A DNA stretch of 64,000 nt from Spizellomyces punctatus DAOM BR117 (taxonomy: Eukaryota): NCBI GenBank assembly GCA_000182565.2, contig KQ257454.1; one strand, given 5' to 3'. The notes beneath the pieces are model-generated. The model did not search any database. It was not told where the DNA came from and saw only the letters and a program-made list of their open reading frames with translations. The position numbers and the translations under genes are program-made. Position 1 is the first letter of the stretch; every line of letters begins with the position of its first letter. Positions 63,319 through 64,000 of this stretch are shown here, piece after piece.

Positions 63319-64000
63319 ATGGGTTCTTTCAGTCTTCTCCTCATATGTTTGGCTGTGATGGTCGCTTCCGTCTGGGCGCAGACTGGGAATGCAAGTAGGT
63401 ATTAGTATGCTTCCTTTGCTAAAGCTACCAAGCTCATCTGTGCCAATCTGCCGCACAGCTTGCAAATACAAGGAAATAGACCCTCAGCTCGAGTGTCCAA
63501 GTACGTACTATCTACACAACCATGCTGCGTACACATCAATCTCATATGCTACTCTAAATGCAGCATGCCCGAAGAAACTTGTTGATGCGGAATGGCAATG
63601 TAATTTCGACTTTGTGACGGAAGATTACCGTCTTACAACTGAAACGAATACGACTTATCCGTCTGCTGCCCACGACAATGCGTTCAAAACCTTGGCCAAG
63701 TGTATGTGTAAAGCTTTTGAGGAATACCCTACATATGAGCCGTTAAAGCAGTATGGAGACTATTGCACGGAATATTGGTGGGGGCCAGGTTAGTGGATGC
63801 TGGCGAACAAAGCTTGCGTCGTTCGTATTTACTCATCCATTGAACACAGCGCGGGTGCCATTTTATCCTGATTTCAAGAAAGGCTGCGTAGGCGATGCCT
63901 ATAACGATGTTTTGGTAGCGCTAAACTATACGTACTTTGTCAAGGAGGGCAAAAAATATACCCGCATCAAGCCGCCATTTAAGAACGCTCAAGGGAACTT
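63319..64000 (+). CDS. Secreted Cys-containing protein, multi-exon, possibly running off the window
   Basis: Signal peptide MGSFSLLLICLAVMVASVWAQ, then exon ACKYKEIDPQLECP..YCTEYWWGP. Confidence 0.55.

Overview
Intron-rich eukaryotic DNA from an early-diverging fungus. It is most likely a chytrid close to or identical with Spizellomyces punctatus; I infer this from recalled similarity of the Fanzor element and from the gene content. The standout feature is a complete ~2.15 kb Fanzor1 element (6889-9034), a eukaryotic TnpB/OMEGA RNA-guided nuclease system. It has 30-bp perfect terminal inverted repeats including TA, an intronless RuvC/zinc-finger nuclease ORF broken by one frameshift, and a hairpin-forming omegaRNA region overlapping the right TIR, followed by a flank-derived guide. 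A second unexplained structure is a ~1 kb array of ten ~95-bp units (44.6-45.56 kb) whose hairpin stems covary between units, lying downstream of a minus-strand CCAAT/TATA promoter. Host genes include LSG1, an ELM1-like protein, glutamate 5-kinase, a Zn-finger/adenine methyltransferase, a GBP/atlastin-like GTPase, a USP protein, a base-exchange phosphatidylserine synthase, two AlkB-like dioxygenases, an aGPT-pyrophosphorylase-like helical protein, a sirtuin, a Zn2Cys6 transcription factor, an FkbM methyltransferase, a Thg1-like protein, an acyltransferase-3 and a myosin-chitin synthase. There are two assembly gaps. All family assignments come from motif recognition by eye; no database search was run.
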